A stretch of DNA of 64,000 bases from an uncultured delta proteobacterium (GCA_963765675.1 CAVXXK010000014.1:1-64000); one strand, 5' to 3'; shown: positions 8,024 through 18,955, counted from the stretch's first letter. The notes: generated by a model from the letters alone, not told the origin. A program made the numbers and translations.

Positions 8024-10707
8024 TCACTTGCCGTGGCAGCGTTTGTACTTCTTGCCGGAGCCGCAGGGGCACGGGTCGTTGCGGCCGACCTTGTCGGCTT
8101 CGCGCTTGGCGGGTTGCGCCGCTTCCTGCTCGGTCTCGCCGCCGTGGCTCATCACTACTCGCTGCGGCTTGGGCTGCTGCTGGATCTGCTGGACGTCTTC
8201 CTCTTTGCGCACCTGCACGGAAAAACATTTCTCGACCACGTCCTTCTGCATCACCGACATCAGCGCCTCGAACATCGTGAACCCTTCCTTCTGGTACTCG
8301 ACGAGAGGGTTCAATTGTCCGTAGCCGCGCAGCCCGATGCCTTCCTTCAGATGGTCCATCGCGAGCAGATGATCTTTCCACAGCGAATCGAGCGTCTGCA
8401 GCATCACGATCTTTTCGATCTGCCGCATCACCGGCACGGTAAATTCGGCCTCGCGGGTTTCGTACAGCGCATGGACGCGCTCCTGCGCGACTTCGATCAC
8501 GTCTTCGGCCGAATCGATGGGGTTGCCTTCGGGTCCGCTCTCGACCGTGAAGCCGGGGCGAAATTTGAACTGCTGGAAGAACGCATCGTCGATCGCTTTC
8601 CAGTCCCAGTCCTTGGGATCCTTGTCGGTGTCGCAATGCGCTGCGGCGATATCCTCGACCAACTGGTCGCACATGTCGAGGACGTCCTCCTTGAGAGGCG
8701 CGCCCGAGAGCAGCTCCTTGCGGCGTCCGTAGATCACCTCGCGCTGCTTGTTCATCACGTCATCGTATTCGAGCAGATGCTTGCGGATATCGAAGTTGTG
8801 GCCCTCGACTTTTTCCTGCGCGTTGGCGATCGCGCGCGAGATCCATCGATGCTCGATCGGGATGCCGTCGTCCATGCCGATGCGGCTCATCAGCCCCTTT
8901 AGGCGATCGGCGCCGAAGATGCGCAGGAGATCGTCTTCGAGCGACATGAAGAAGCGTGAGGAGCCGGGGTCGCCCTGGCGGCCGGAACGTCCGCGCAACT
9001 GGTTGTCGATCCGGCGCGATTCGTGGCGCTCGGTGCCGAGAATATGCAGCCCTCCGGCGGCGAGCACCTGCTCGCGCTCGGCGGCGCATTGCTCCTTGTA
9101 CTTGGCGAGCGCCTCGGCAAATTTCGGATCGTTCGGATCGCGCGTGCCGGTTTCGGCGGCGGCCATGAACTCGGGATTTCCGCCGAGGACGATATCGGTG
9201 CCGCGGCCGGCCATGTTGGTCGAAATCGTCACCGCGCCGATAACGCCCCGCCTGCGCGACGATCTCGGCCTCGCGCTCGTGATTCTTGGCGTTGAGCACG
9301 AAATGCTTGACCGCGGTCTTTTTGAGCTTCTCGGCGACGCGCTCGGATTTTTCGATCGACACGGTGCCGACCAGCACCGGCTGTCCGCGTCCGTTGAGCT
9401 CCTTGATCTCCTCGATCACGGCGTCGAACTTCTCGTCCTCGGTCTTGTACACGACGTCGTGATTGTCCTTGCGGATCATCGGCATGTTGGTCGGCACGAC
9501 CACGACGTCGAGCCCGTAGATTTCCTTGAACTCGACCGACTCGGTGTCGGCGGTCCCGGTCATCCCCGAGAGCTTTTTGTACATCCGGAAATAATTCTGG
9601 AAGGTGATCGTCGCCAGCGTCTGGTTCTCGGATTCGATCTTGACGTTTTCCTTGGCCTCGACCGCCTGATGCAGCCCGTCGCTCCATCGCCGCCCCGGCA
9701 TCAGGCGTCCGGTGAATTCATCGACGATAATCACCTCGCCGTCCTTCACCACGTAGTCGACGTCGCGCTTGAACAGGGCATGCGCGCGCAGGCCCTGGTT
9801 GCAGTGATGCAGCAGCAGGATGTTGCGCGGGTCGTAAAGATTCTCGACTCCGAGCAACTTCTCGACGCGGGTGACGCCGTCCTCGGTCAGCGACACGGTG
9901 CGCATCTTTTCGTCGATAGTGTAGTCGTCTTCCGCTTTGAGCCGCGGGATCACGCGATCGACGATGTAATAGGTGTCGGTCGATTCTTCGGACGCGCCCG
10001 AGATGATAAGCGGCGTGCGCGCCTCATCGATCAGGATCGAATCAACCTCGTCCACGATCGCGAAGTTGTGCGCGCGCTGGACGTACTCTTCGAGATTGAA
10101 CTTCATGTTGTCGCGCAGGTAATCGAAGCCGAACTCGTTGTTCTGGCCGTAGGTGATATCGGCGCACGTATGCGAGCTTGCGCTCCTGGTCGGTGACGCC
10201 GTGCACGATCACGCCGACGCTCAGGCCAAGGTAGCCGTAGATGCGGCCCATCCATTCGGAGTCGCGCCGCGCCAGGTAGTCGTTGACCGTCACGACGTGG
10301 ACGCCGCGTCCGCTGAGCGCGTTGAGCACGGCGGGAAGAGTGGCGACCAGGGTCTTGCCCTCGCCGGTCTTCATTTCGGCGATTCGCCCCGAATGCAGGA
10401 CCATCCCGCCGATCAACTGCACGTCGAAATGGCGCTGGCCCAGCACGCGCTTGGCGGCCTCGCGCACGATTGCGAAGACCTCGGGCAGGATATCGTCGAG
10501 GCGATCGGCACGCTGCTCGTCGTCCTCGATCGCGCTGATCTCGGCCTTGAGCTCGGCGATCCGCGCGCGCATTTCGTCCTGGCTCTTGGTCTCGATCTCG
10601 GGTTCGAGGCGATTGACCGCCTCGACGTCGGGTCGGAGCCGTTTGATTTCGCGATCGTTCTTCGAGCCGAAGAACTTCCGCCCAATTCCGGTAAGCGCTG
10701 ATGCCAT
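8024..10707 (-). CDS. secA: Preprotein translocase SecA, split into three ORFs by +1 frameshifts near 10166 and 9240
   Basis: [50 protein letters not shown] and C-terminal [17 protein letters not shown] across consecutive frames. Confidence 0.95.
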
Positions 10708-10849
10708 CTTGGATGTTGCTGTGATCCGGGAATCCGCGAACGCCATCATGCGCGGCGCGGTGAGAGTCTCCGTTAGGTTTATATCCGTCCTATTGTACTC
10801 TGATTCGGGCGCTCGGGGGGAGATGCATCGCAGGAAATAACTTTTCGCA

Positions 10850-11701
10850 TCAGCGTTCGATTCGGACTGCGGATTCGACCTCGGGTCCGAAGAAGCTGCG
10901 TCCCACCCGGATGAAGCGATCGGGAGATTCGGTCACGAAGAAGCTTTGCCGGCCCGCACCGCGCCCGCGCGCGAGGCCGAGGGTCGCGAGCCGCGCGCGA
11001 ACCGCCTCGGCGGTGGATAATGCCGAATCGACCACGCGCACGCCGCGTCCAAGCACGCGCTCGAACATCCCGAGCAGCAACGGATAGTGGGTGCATCCGA
11101 GCAGAAGCGTGTCGATACCGCTGCGCTTGAGGCTCTCCAGATAGAACGCGACGGTGCGCTCCGCGACCTCGTTATCGACCCATCCTTCTTCCGCCAGCGG
11201 GACCAGCAGCGGGCAGGCGCGCGTGTAGATTTCCGCGTCGGGGCGCAGCCGCTGGATCGTGCGCGTGTACGCGCCCGACGCGATCGTCGCCTCGGTGCCG
11301 ATTACGCCGATCTTGCCCGAGCGCGAGGCGCGGACCACGGCGCGCGCACCCGGCTCGATCACGCCGACCACGGGAATCATCGTGGCGCCCGCAATATATT
11401 CGAGCGCGACCGCGCTGGAGGTGTTGCACGCGACCACCAGCAGCTTGATTCCTCTGGCGAGCAGAAACTCGCTGTTCTCGCGCGAGTAGCGTTTGATCAC
11501 CTCGTTCGATTTGGTGCCGTACGGCAGCCGCGCCGTGTCGCCAAGGTAAATGAATTCCTCCGACGGCATCGCGTTCACCAGCGCTCGCAGCACCGTCAGG
11601 CCGCCGATCCCCGAATCGAAAACTCCGATCGGACGATCCGCGGCGCCGGCGGTGACGCGTCCGTTGGATGACGCGCGCTTCGCGCGAGACTTTGCAGGCA
11701 T
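10850..11701 (-). CDS. murI: Glutamate racemase
   Basis: [26 protein letters not shown] and LGCTHYP motifs. Confidence 0.95.
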   Translation of the reverse strand: MPAKSRAKRASSNGRVTAGAADRPIGVFDSGIGGLTVLRALVNAMPSEEFIYLGDTARLPYGTKSNEVIKRYSRENSEFLLARGIKLLVVACNTSSAVALEYIAGATMIPVVGVIEPGARAVVRASRSGKIGVIGTEATIASGAYTRTIQRLRPDAEIYTRACPLLVPLAEEGWVDNEVAERTVAFYLESLKRSGIDTLLLGCTHYPLLLGMFERVLGRGVRVVDSALSTAEAVRARLATLGLARGRGAGRQSFFVTESPDRFIRVGRSFFGPEVESAVRIER

Positions 11702-12804
11702 CAGCGGAGATCCTGTCCGAGCGCCAGGCGCTCGCCGATCGTCGCCGGATTCGCCGGCGCCACGCCGAAGACGCGCTCGTGAATGCTGGCCGATTCCATG
11801 CACAGGTAGCCGGGAATTTTCGCGCCCGCGCGTGCGAAGCGCTCGGCGAGGATACGATAGAGCCTGAGCCGCAGGGGAGTGAAGGCGCGCAGGCGGCCGT
11901 CGCTCGCCAGCACCTCCTCGCCGAGCAGCATCCGGTCGCTCGGCCATCGTCGGCGCGCGGCGGCGCGCAACGCGGGCGTCATCCGCAATCCGCCGATACT
12001 GAAAAATCCGATCTGCGCCGCGGGAATCACGTCGAGGAGATTGTCGATGAGGTGGGCATAGTCGCGCTCGGCGCCTTCGTACGCGATCACCGGATCGAAA
12101 TGAAACGCAATCCGGTAGCCCGCATCCAGGGCGCGCCGCGCCGCCGCGATTCGCGCGGCAGGAGACGCGGTGCGATGCTCAGAGGTTCGCCAGACCTTCT
12201 CGGGCGACAGCGTCCATGAGACGAGTACTCGCCCGCGCGGATCGAGCGCGAGCAGGTTATCGATTTCGTCGGTCTTGGTCTTGAGCTCGAGCGTCAGCGT
12301 CTCGCGCTCGGCGAAGAAGCCGACCAGCTCGCGCGTGAGGTCGGTGAGCGTGTCGAAAGCGAGCGAGTCGGCAAGCTCGCCGGTGCCGACACGGAAATGG
12401 CGCTCGGGCGCGGAATGAATCATCCGCTCGAGCTCCTCGAACGAATCGGCGTAGTTTGAGAAAACCTGGAAGCCGGGATTGTCGGCGACAAATTCCTGCA
12501 GGAAGCAGTAGCTGCAATCCATCGGACAGTTCGACGCCAGGATCATCACCAGGTATCCGCAGCACGCAAAACGCGCCGAGCCCGCCGGGCAGCTCATCAG
12601 GAAGGGTGTGCGCCGCCGCATCAGGACCATCCGCCGCTTTCCGGCGTCGAACGGATCGGCGCCGATTCGGGCGCGTGCGGCTTCGCGGCCGTCGGCAATG
12701 TACTCGATCGGCACGTGCGCCGGCAGCGCCGCGACGACGCGCCGCGCGAGCGCCGACTCGCGTTCGCCTTCTTCGATAAACACCGCGTCGAGATCAAACT
12801 TCAT
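11701..12804 (-). CDS. Spore photoproduct lyase-like (SplB family) radical SAM protein
   Basis: CPMDCSYCFLQ (CxxxCxxC), GTGELADSL, LELKTKT, FHFDP and YLCMES motifs. Confidence 0.85.
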   Translation of the reverse strand: MKFDLDAVFIEEGERESALARRVVAALPAHVPIEYIADGREAARARIGADPFDAGKRRMVLMRRRTPFLMSCPAGSARFACCGYLVMILASNCPMDCSYCFLQEFVADNPGFQVFSNYADSFEELERMIHSAPERHFRVGTGELADSLAFDTLTDLTRELVGFFAERETLTLELKTKTDEIDNLLALDPRGRVLVSWTLSPEKVWRTSEHRTASPAARIAAARRALDAGYRIAFHFDPVIAYEGAERDYAHLIDNLLDVIPAAQIGFFSIGGLRMTPALRAAARRRWPSDRMLLGEEVLASDGRLRAFTPLRLRLYRILAERFARAGAKIPGYLCMESASIHERVFGVAPANPATIGERLALGQDLR

Positions 12805-13357
12805 CGCTTCCGCCGAGCATCGCGAGTATTTGCGCAATCGCCGCGCGCCGCTCCGTCAGGATTCCGATTGCACGATCGAGATCGCCGGCGCGCGAAACTT
12901 CGAGCTTGAATGTCAGCACATCAGAGCCGAGTTCCCTGGGCAAGACTATGGAAATTCCGCGCGGCAGGCGAAGCTCGCCGATCGCGCTTTCTAGCCGCGC
13001 TGCCGCCTCGGTAAGGCGCGGAAAGCGCACCGCGCGTAGCGCGTCGATAAATGCGCGCGCGCGCTCGGGCGCGGAACCCGCGCGCGCCGCGATTCGCGCG
13101 AGTTCCGGCGCGGCGAGAATGTCGCCGGCGGATTTGCGCTCGCGAACCGCAATCTCTTCTAACAGGTCGAGCGCGACGACAATTTGTCCGGTGCGCAGGC
13201 GCAGCGCCTCGGCGAACTCCAGAAACGCAGCGCGCGATCGCGAATCCATCGCGAGCCATCGCGTGCGATGCGACTCGGGCAGATGACGGGCCGAGGCCAG
13301 CGCGCCGATGGCGTCATCGCGATTCGCGGCGCGCGCCAAACTATGCCCCCACCGCAT
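12794..13357 (-). CDS. Hypothetical helical protein (resembles the C-terminal part of ParB-like partners of SplB-like genes)
   Basis: Overlaps both neighbours; LLEEIAVRE..LRAVRFPRL pattern; start uncertain (13357 or TTG 13339). Confidence 0.55.
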   Translation of the reverse strand: MRWGHSLARAANRDDAIGALASARHLPESHRTRWLAMDSRSRAAFLEFAEALRLRTGQIVVALDLLEEIAVRERKSAGDILAAPELARIAARAGSAPERARAFIDALRAVRFPRLTEAAARLESAIGELRLPRGISIVLPRELGSDVLTFKLEVSRAGDLDRAIGILTERRAAIAQILAMLGGSDEV

Positions 13358-14270
13358 CGGCTTGCAAGATGATCAGGTCGCGGATCGCTTCGGCGGCAAT
13401 CGCGATCGATTCGGCCGGCGCGGAGCGCCAGGCGCCGAGTGCCTGTTCGGCCACGCGTTCGATGCATCGCGCGGCATCGTTGCGCTCGCGGCGACGCAGT
13501 CCCTTGGCGTAGATCGCGCACTTTTCGGCGAGCACCAGAGCCACCGCCTCACGCCGCGAGGCGCTTAGGCGCGAGTCCGCGAGCAATTTCGTCAATGACA
13601 AAATGCGATACCGGTCGAGCGCTGGAACCACGGCGGAGAGCTGATCAGAATGCCCCGCGCGGCGCTCGACCAGGACCTCGTCGAGAAGGCTGATCTCGTG
13701 CGTGATGAGGATGCGGAGCCACAGGTCATAGTCCTCGCACGCGCGCATCGTTTCGTCGAAACCACCGAGCGCGCGGAAGAGCGCCGTGCGCATGATCACC
13801 GCCGACGTGCTGACGAGGCAGGTGCGCAGCGAATCGACGAAGATATCGCCGCCACGCTTGAGATGACGCAGGCCCGGATTGACGCGCCGTCCGCCGCGAA
13901 TCCACCTTTCCTGGCATTGCGAGATCTCACACTCCGGATGCGTGCGCATGAAATCCAATTGGCGCTCCAGCTTGGCGGGCATCCAGATGTCGTCGGAATC
14001 CAGAAATGCGACCAGCGGCGCATTCGCGAGTGCAACGCCTCGATTGCGCGCCGCCGCCGCTCCGCGATTTTCGATATGTTCGACGCGCAGCGCTCCAGCT
14101 TGTTCTTCGCCATACCGCGCGAGGTCTTCGGCAGTGCCGTCGGTCGAGCCGTCGTCAATCACGATCAGCTCGAAGTGCGGGCCGCGCTGAGCCAGGACCG
14201 AAAGGACCGCCTCGCGCACCATCGCGCGGCGATTGTGTGTCGGGATAACGACGCTGACTTCCGGACGCAT
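13341..14270 (-). CDS. Glycosyltransferase family 2
   Basis: VSVVIPTHNR, IDDGSTD, ARNRG, FLDSDD and CEDYDLWLR motifs. Confidence 0.9.
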   Translation of the reverse strand: MRPEVSVVIPTHNRRAMVREAVLSVLAQRGPHFELIVIDDGSTDGTAEDLARYGEEQAGALRVEHIENRGAAAARNRGVALANAPLVAFLDSDDIWMPAKLERQLDFMRTHPECEISQCQERWIRGGRRVNPGLRHLKRGGDIFVDSLRTCLVSTSAVIMRTALFRALGGFDETMRACEDYDLWLRILITHEISLLDEVLVERRAGHSDQLSAVVPALDRYRILSLTKLLADSRLSASRREAVALVLAEKCAIYAKGLRRRERNDAARCIERVAEQALGAWRSAPAESIAIAAEAIRDLIILQADAVGA

Positions 14271-14276
14271 CGGCGC

Positions 14277-14897
14277 CTAGCGCGAGCGCGAGTGAGCCGG
14301 CGCGAAACCGGGATTAGGTCGATAAGCCTGCTGCGCAATGTGCAGGATGCGGCGTCGCAGCTCGTCGATTCCTTCGGCGCTGGTGGCGGAACACAGGATC
14401 GGTGCGGTTCCGACCGCGCGAAAGCGCGCCAGCGCCGCGGCACGTTCCGAGCGCTTGAGCTTGTCGCATTTGGTCGCGGCGAAAATCACTTCGAGACCCC
14501 GTGCGCGAGCCGTCGCGGCAAGATTCGCCTCTTCGCTCTCCGGCCCCCGGCGTGAGTCGACCAGAATGATCAGCGCGGCCAGGTTTTCGCGCGCCGACAG
14601 ATAGTCGGTCATCATCGCGGCGATCTCGCGCGCGATCTTTTCAGGAACTTTCGCGTATCCGTAACCCGGCAGATCGACAATCGCCAGGTCCGCGCCGACC
14701 ACGAAAAAATTAAGCGATTGAGTTCTGCCGGGCGTGCTGCTGGTGCGCGCCAGACCCCTGACCGCCGTCAGCGCGTTCAAGAGCGAGCTCTTGCCGACGT
14801 TCGAGCGCCCCGCAATCGCGACCTCGACGCGGTTCCATCGCGGACACTGCTCGAGCGTGAAGGCCGAGGTTTCAAACTCTGCGGCGAGCTTTGCCAT
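14277..14897 (-). CDS. engB: Ribosome biogenesis GTPase YihA/YsxC
   Basis: GRSNVGKSS, PGRT, DLPGYGYA and TKCDK motifs. Confidence 0.95.
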   Translation of the reverse strand: MAKLAAEFETSAFTLEQCPRWNRVEVAIAGRSNVGKSSLLNALTAVRGLARTSSTPGRTQSLNFFVVGADLAIVDLPGYGYAKVPEKIAREIAAMMTDYLSARENLAALIILVDSRRGPESEEANLAATARARGLEVIFAATKCDKLKRSERAAALARFRAVGTAPILCSATSAEGIDELRRRILHIAQQAYRPNPGFAPAHSRSR

Positions 14898-14922
14898 ATG
14901 CAGCCACTGCGCGGGTGCGGGG

Positions 14923-15288
14923 TCAGCCTTCGGTTTCGATCCGGACTATCGGCGCGGCGCCGTTTGGTTGCGCGCCCGATTCGGTCCGCGCGAGTTGCGC
15001 ACTGAGCGCGCTGCGCAACTCGCGCAGGCGCACGCCGCGATGGCGGTCGGGGTAGGGCGCGAGCAGCCCCTGCGCGGCGCGCAGATGGATGATCGCGCTT
15101 GCGGCCTCGCCCTGCCCGAGCTTGTGATTAGCTACCGCCGCGCGCAACAGGCCGCGGAAAAAATCCCAGTCGCGCGTGTCGTCTTCGAGCAGGTTCATCG
15201 CGTCTTCCATTTCCTCGTGCGCCTCGAAAAACTCGCCGCGATTGAAGCGCTCGATTCCGGCGCGGAAGTGCCGCTCGATTTCGTCCAT
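14923..15288 (-). CDS. DUF309 family protein
   Basis: GIERFNRGEFFEAHEEME motif. Confidence 0.85.
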   Translation of the reverse strand: MDEIERHFRAGIERFNRGEFFEAHEEMEDAMNLLEDDTRDWDFFRGLLRAAVANHKLGQGEAASAIIHLRAAQGLLAPYPDRHRGVRLRELRSALSAQLARTESGAQPNGAAPIVRIETEG

Positions 15289-15301
15289 CGCGGCGTCGCC
15301 G

Positions 15302-15904
15302 TCAGGGCTCCTCGTCGCTTTCGTCGGATTGATCAGTTGTCGTGATATGTAGCGTGTTCTTCAATCCTTCGAGCTGCGAGATGAAGATATTTCGGATTAC
15401 CGACTTCACGATACTGTCCGGCACCGGCATCTGTTGCAGCATCTTGGTCGTAGCGTGGTAAGTGATGAGCGTCGCGCCACCTCCGTTGTCCTGGAGCTGA
15501 TATTCGGCGTGGCTATCGAACGTCGGATTATCCACCGTGTGATAGGAGACGCGCTGCGCTCCGGCATCGTACTGGAACGCAAGCTGCATCGAAATCGTCT
15601 GTCCGCCAAATCCATTGAGCTCCATCTCGACGGTCTTGGTGTCGCCGCTTTGCGAAATGACCTTGATTGCCTCGACGCCGGGGGCGTGGCTCTTTTCGAT
15701 ATTGCGCAGCGCATCGTACACCGCTGGCTCGGGCGCCGCGATCAACGCGGTGTAGTCGGCGATCCAGTTATCGCCGTTGTGAACGATCTTCTCGGACAGG
15801 ATGCCGGCCCTGCTGATACGCCGCGCCTGGTAGAAATGCCACCCCGCATATCCGGCGACGACAATAATCACGATCGCGACAACGACCTTGTAGCTTCTGC
15901 CCAT
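15302..15904 (-). CDS. Membrane-anchored SRPBCC/START-like protein
   Basis: N-terminal TM; IAAPEPAVYDAL, beta-rich core and C-terminal helix QLEGLK. Confidence 0.55.
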   Translation of the reverse strand: MGRSYKVVVAIVIIVVAGYAGWHFYQARRISRAGILSEKIVHNGDNWIADYTALIAAPEPAVYDALRNIEKSHAPGVEAIKVISQSGDTKTVEMELNGFGGQTISMQLAFQYDAGAQRVSYHTVDNPTFDSHAEYQLQDNGGGATLITYHATTKMLQQMPVPDSIVKSVIRNIFISQLEGLKNTLHITTTDQSDESDEEP

Positions 15905-15946
15905 CGTCTAATCACCCGCCCGCGCGGACCTCGCGCGCCTCGCGTT

Positions 15947-16501
15947 CTAGTGCCCGAAGATTCCTACCAGTTCGGCGCTCGCGAGCACATGACCCGAGGT
16001 CGCCGCCTCGACCGCCTGCGCCGTCGCGCCGGGTTGCAACGCGAGCGTCGAATCCAGCGCATACAGCTTGAAGTGATAATGATGCGCCGGGCCTCGAGGT
16101 GGACACGGCGGGGTATATCCAATTCGGCGGGCGCCGTTGAGGCCCTGGTCGCCGCCGCCCGCAAGCGTTTCAGTCTTGGCCACTCCAGCAGCCAAGGTTC
16201 GGGTCGCGGCGGGAAGGTTAAAAATTACCCAGTGGTAAAAAGTACCGCGTGGCGCGTCGGGGTCCGCGACGATCAGCGCGAAGGATTTTGTTCCTTCGGG
16301 AACATTAGACCAAGCGAGCGGTGGCGATCCTCCCGCTCCGTCGCACGAGAACTCGCGCCCAATAGCACCACCATCGGCAAATGCCGGGCTGCTGATCGTA
16401 AGAGAGCCGCCAGCCGCGGCGACTGCGGGAGGGGCAAGTGTGACTGACACCAGAAGGTAGAGAATTGCAGCGGATAGTATTAGCAGTCGGTCAGGGTACA
16501 T
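15947..16501 (-). CDS. YbhB/YbcL (PEBP/Raf kinase inhibitor-like) protein
   Basis: SPPLAW, DPDAP..FYHWV, PPCPP..HHY and LYALD motifs; signal peptide. Confidence 0.9.
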   Translation of the reverse strand: MYPDRLLILSAAILYLLVSVTLAPPAVAAAGGSLTISSPAFADGGAIGREFSCDGAGGSPPLAWSNVPEGTKSFALIVADPDAPRGTFYHWVIFNLPAATRTLAAGVAKTETLAGGGDQGLNGARRIGYTPPCPPRGPAHHYHFKLYALDSTLALQPGATAQAVEAATSGHVLASAELVGIFGH

Positions 16502-16773
16502 TGTTCCAATGTGATTCACCTGCGTTCTAGCTCGATATTCAGACGGCATAAACCACCATAGCATCCATTAACTGTCGAGACTGTTTGATACCTCTGCTAC
16601 TTTTGACAACTTCCTGCTACACCCCTCTTGACCATCCTCTTCGATTCTGCGAGTTTCAAGAAGGATTAAGGCGGGCGTAAGGGAGCAGATGGTTCGAATT
16701 GGCGAGGCGGAAAAAAGGGCCCCAAACCCTCTACAGAGGGGGGCAGGTCGAACCGGCCGCGGTCGGAGAGAAA

Positions 16774-16998
16774 ATGGCTACTGAATCAAAATACAGTTTG
16801 CCCCGGGTGATGACGGTGAAGGAGCTCTCAGAGTACCTTCGCGTTCATCCCTCCACTATCTATAAGCTCCTGCGCCGAGGCGAACTGCCCGGCTTCAGGA
16901 TCGGCACCGACTGGCGCTTCAACGCCGAGGTGATCGATCGCTGGTGCATGGAGCGCAACATGAAGGGCGGCGATCTGGGGACCTCGAGCCGGAACTGA
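16774..16998 (+). CDS. Excisionase/BldC-like HTH_17 DNA-binding protein
   Basis: MTVKELSEYLRVHPSTIYKL..GELPGFRIG.DWRF. Confidence 0.85.
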   Translation: MATESKYSLPRVMTVKELSEYLRVHPSTIYKLLRRGELPGFRIGTDWRFNAEVIDRWCMERNMKGGDLGTSSRN

Positions 16999-17140
16999 CC
17001 TTCGTTTTCCGACAGCATCGGTAATTTTTAGCCGCGTTTGGGGCGGGGTGCGTAAATTCGTCCCCGCCGTCCTTTCCCTACGATCGGAAATGCGCCGCTT
17101 GACGCGGGGACCGGTTGTGCCTCAACATACCGCTCGTTCA

Positions 17141-17785
17141 ATGATCACCTCGGCCAGACGTTCGGCAAACAGCGCTGCCCCCTCTGCGCATAAACGCGGC
17201 ACCCTTGACCAGGTGCTGGTCGATGCGGCGATGGACCTGTTCGCATCTTATGGATACCGCGGGACCTCGCTGGCCCGAATCGCGCGCGCAGCGGGAGTTA
17301 CCAAAGGCGCCCTTTACTGGCACTTCACCGACAAGGAGGAGTTCTTCCTCGCGGTGGTGGAGAAGGTGCTGGGCGAATGGAACAAGGCGTTCGCGCGCAA
17401 GCCGGCCACAACCGCGGCCGAGTTCCGCACCGAATTCCTTTCGATTTTCGAGACCAGCGCCGAGCTCAATCAAAAGAACCCATGGGTTTCGCGCCTGCTG
17501 CTGATCATCACGCTCGAATCGCACAAGATCGGCCCGCGAGTGCTGCGCGCGATGCGCAAGGCGAACAACGACCAGCTCGCGCATCTGTGCCGCGTCGCCG
17601 AGCGTGGGAAACAACTCGGAGTATTCAAGCCCTCGCTCGACGTTCAATGGGCTGGCACCCAGATGTGGACCGCTTCGATCGGACTGGCGCTCCTCTGGTA
17701 CCTGCATGGAACCCGCTTTGAATTTCAAAACTCGTTCAAGCGCCAGGCGCGCGAGTTTCTAAACGATTGGAGTGCCGACCGGTAG
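17141..17785 (+). CDS. TetR/AcrR family regulator
   Basis: LFASYGYRGTSLARIARAAGVTKGALYWHFTDKEE; start uncertain. Confidence 0.9.
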   Translation: MITSARRSANSAAPSAHKRGTLDQVLVDAAMDLFASYGYRGTSLARIARAAGVTKGALYWHFTDKEEFFLAVVEKVLGEWNKAFARKPATTAAEFRTEFLSIFETSAELNQKNPWVSRLLLIITLESHKIGPRVLRAMRKANNDQLAHLCRVAERGKQLGVFKPSLDVQWAGTQMWTASIGLALLWYLHGTRFEFQNSFKRQAREFLNDWSADR

Positions 17786-17815
17786 GCCCGGACCTACTTA
17801 CTTCGCCAAGGAGAG

Positions 17816-18955
17816 ATGCCGATGGAGTTCGCTCTTCAATATGAGATCCAGAGAAGCCGCCCGCATTACGAAGGCTTCATGTACGATATCTACCATCAGG
17901 CCACCGAGCAGGTGGTCCGCGCCGATGCGCTCGGGTATCACTCGGTTTGGACCGTCGAGCATCATTTTCTCTCCGAATGGTCCTACTCCTCCGCGCCCGA
18001 GGTCTGGTACGGCGCGCTAAGCCAGTTGACCAAGCACATCCGGCTCGGCCACGGTGTGTGCCTGCTGCCGATCCCGTTCAACCATCCGGTGCGCGTCGCC
18101 GAGCGAATCGCAGTGCTGGATATCATGTCGAACGGACGCGTCGAGTGCGGTACCGGCCGCTCGATCACCGAGTCCGAGCTGGGCGGCTTCAATATCAATC
18201 CGGAAGACTCGCGTCCGATGTGGGAAGAGGCGATCTCCCAGATCCCGAAGATGTGGACCCAGGATGTTTACGAGGGCTTCGAGGGCAAGTACTTCAAGAT
18301 GCCGCCGCGCGAGGTGATTCCCAAACCCGTCCAGAAGCCGCATCCTCCGCTGTGGCTCGCGTCGACCCAGCCCTCGACCTGGGAAGTGGCGGGCAGCAAA
18401 GGAATCGGCGCACTCGGATTTGGAATTTCCGAGCCGGGCGTGATCGACGGGCTGATCAAACTCTACAAGAAGGGGATCGCGAACTGCGAGCCTGTCGGCT
18501 CGTTCGTCAACGATCGCACCGCCGCGGCCACCATATGCGTCTGCGCGCCCACGCGCGAGGAAGCCAAGATTATCGGCAAGGACGCGATCGATTTCACCAC
18601 TCGCAAGGGCGCCGAGCTGTTCACGCCCTTCGCCAAGCAGGAGGTGAAGGGTTACGAGTACTACAAGAAGATGGCGGAGCTGGCGGTCGCGTCGGCGGAC
18701 TACCGCTTGTCGCTCGCGGACCTGGACAAGCGGATCGAGAAGGGCGCGGTGATGGTCGGCGATCCGGAGGATTGCCTGCGCGTCGCGAAAGTCTACGAAG
18801 CGGCGGGAATCGATCTGCTCCTGATGCTGGTGCAGGTCGGCGCGGTCCCGCACGAGAAGGTGATGCAGACGATCGACCTGATCGGCAAACATGTGATGCC
18901 GAAGCTCTCGTCGAGCGCGAAGACCTTCCAGGCGCAATCAGCCGCTGCGAGGTAG
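17816..18955 (+). CDS. LLM-class flavin-dependent oxidoreductase
   Basis: WTVEHHF, SSAPE, HPVRVAERIAVLD and PKPVQKPHPPLW motifs. Confidence 0.9.
   Translation: MPMEFALQYEIQRSRPHYEGFMYDIYHQATEQVVRADALGYHSVWTVEHHFLSEWSYSSAPEVWYGALSQLTKHIRLGHGVCLLPIPFNHPVRVAERIAVLDIMSNGRVECGTGRSITESELGGFNINPEDSRPMWEEAISQIPKMWTQDVYEGFEGKYFKMPPREVIPKPVQKPHPPLWLASTQPSTWEVAGSKGIGALGFGISEPGVIDGLIKLYKKGIANCEPVGSFVNDRTAAATICVCAPTREEAKIIGKDAIDFTTRKGAELFTPFAKQEVKGYEYYKKMAELAVASADYRLSLADLDKRIEKGAVMVGDPEDCLRVAKVYEAAGIDLLLMLVQVGAVPHEKVMQTIDLIGKHVMPKLSSSAKTFQAQSAAAR

Noticed and set aside
8024-10707. Programmed ribosomal frameshifting in secA
   Set aside because: No slippery heptamer at either site and no precedent known to me; indel errors are more parsimonious
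16774-16998. Prophage/ICE excisionase indicating a mobile element
   Set aside because: No integrase, att site or phage genes nearby; flanks look like core chromosome
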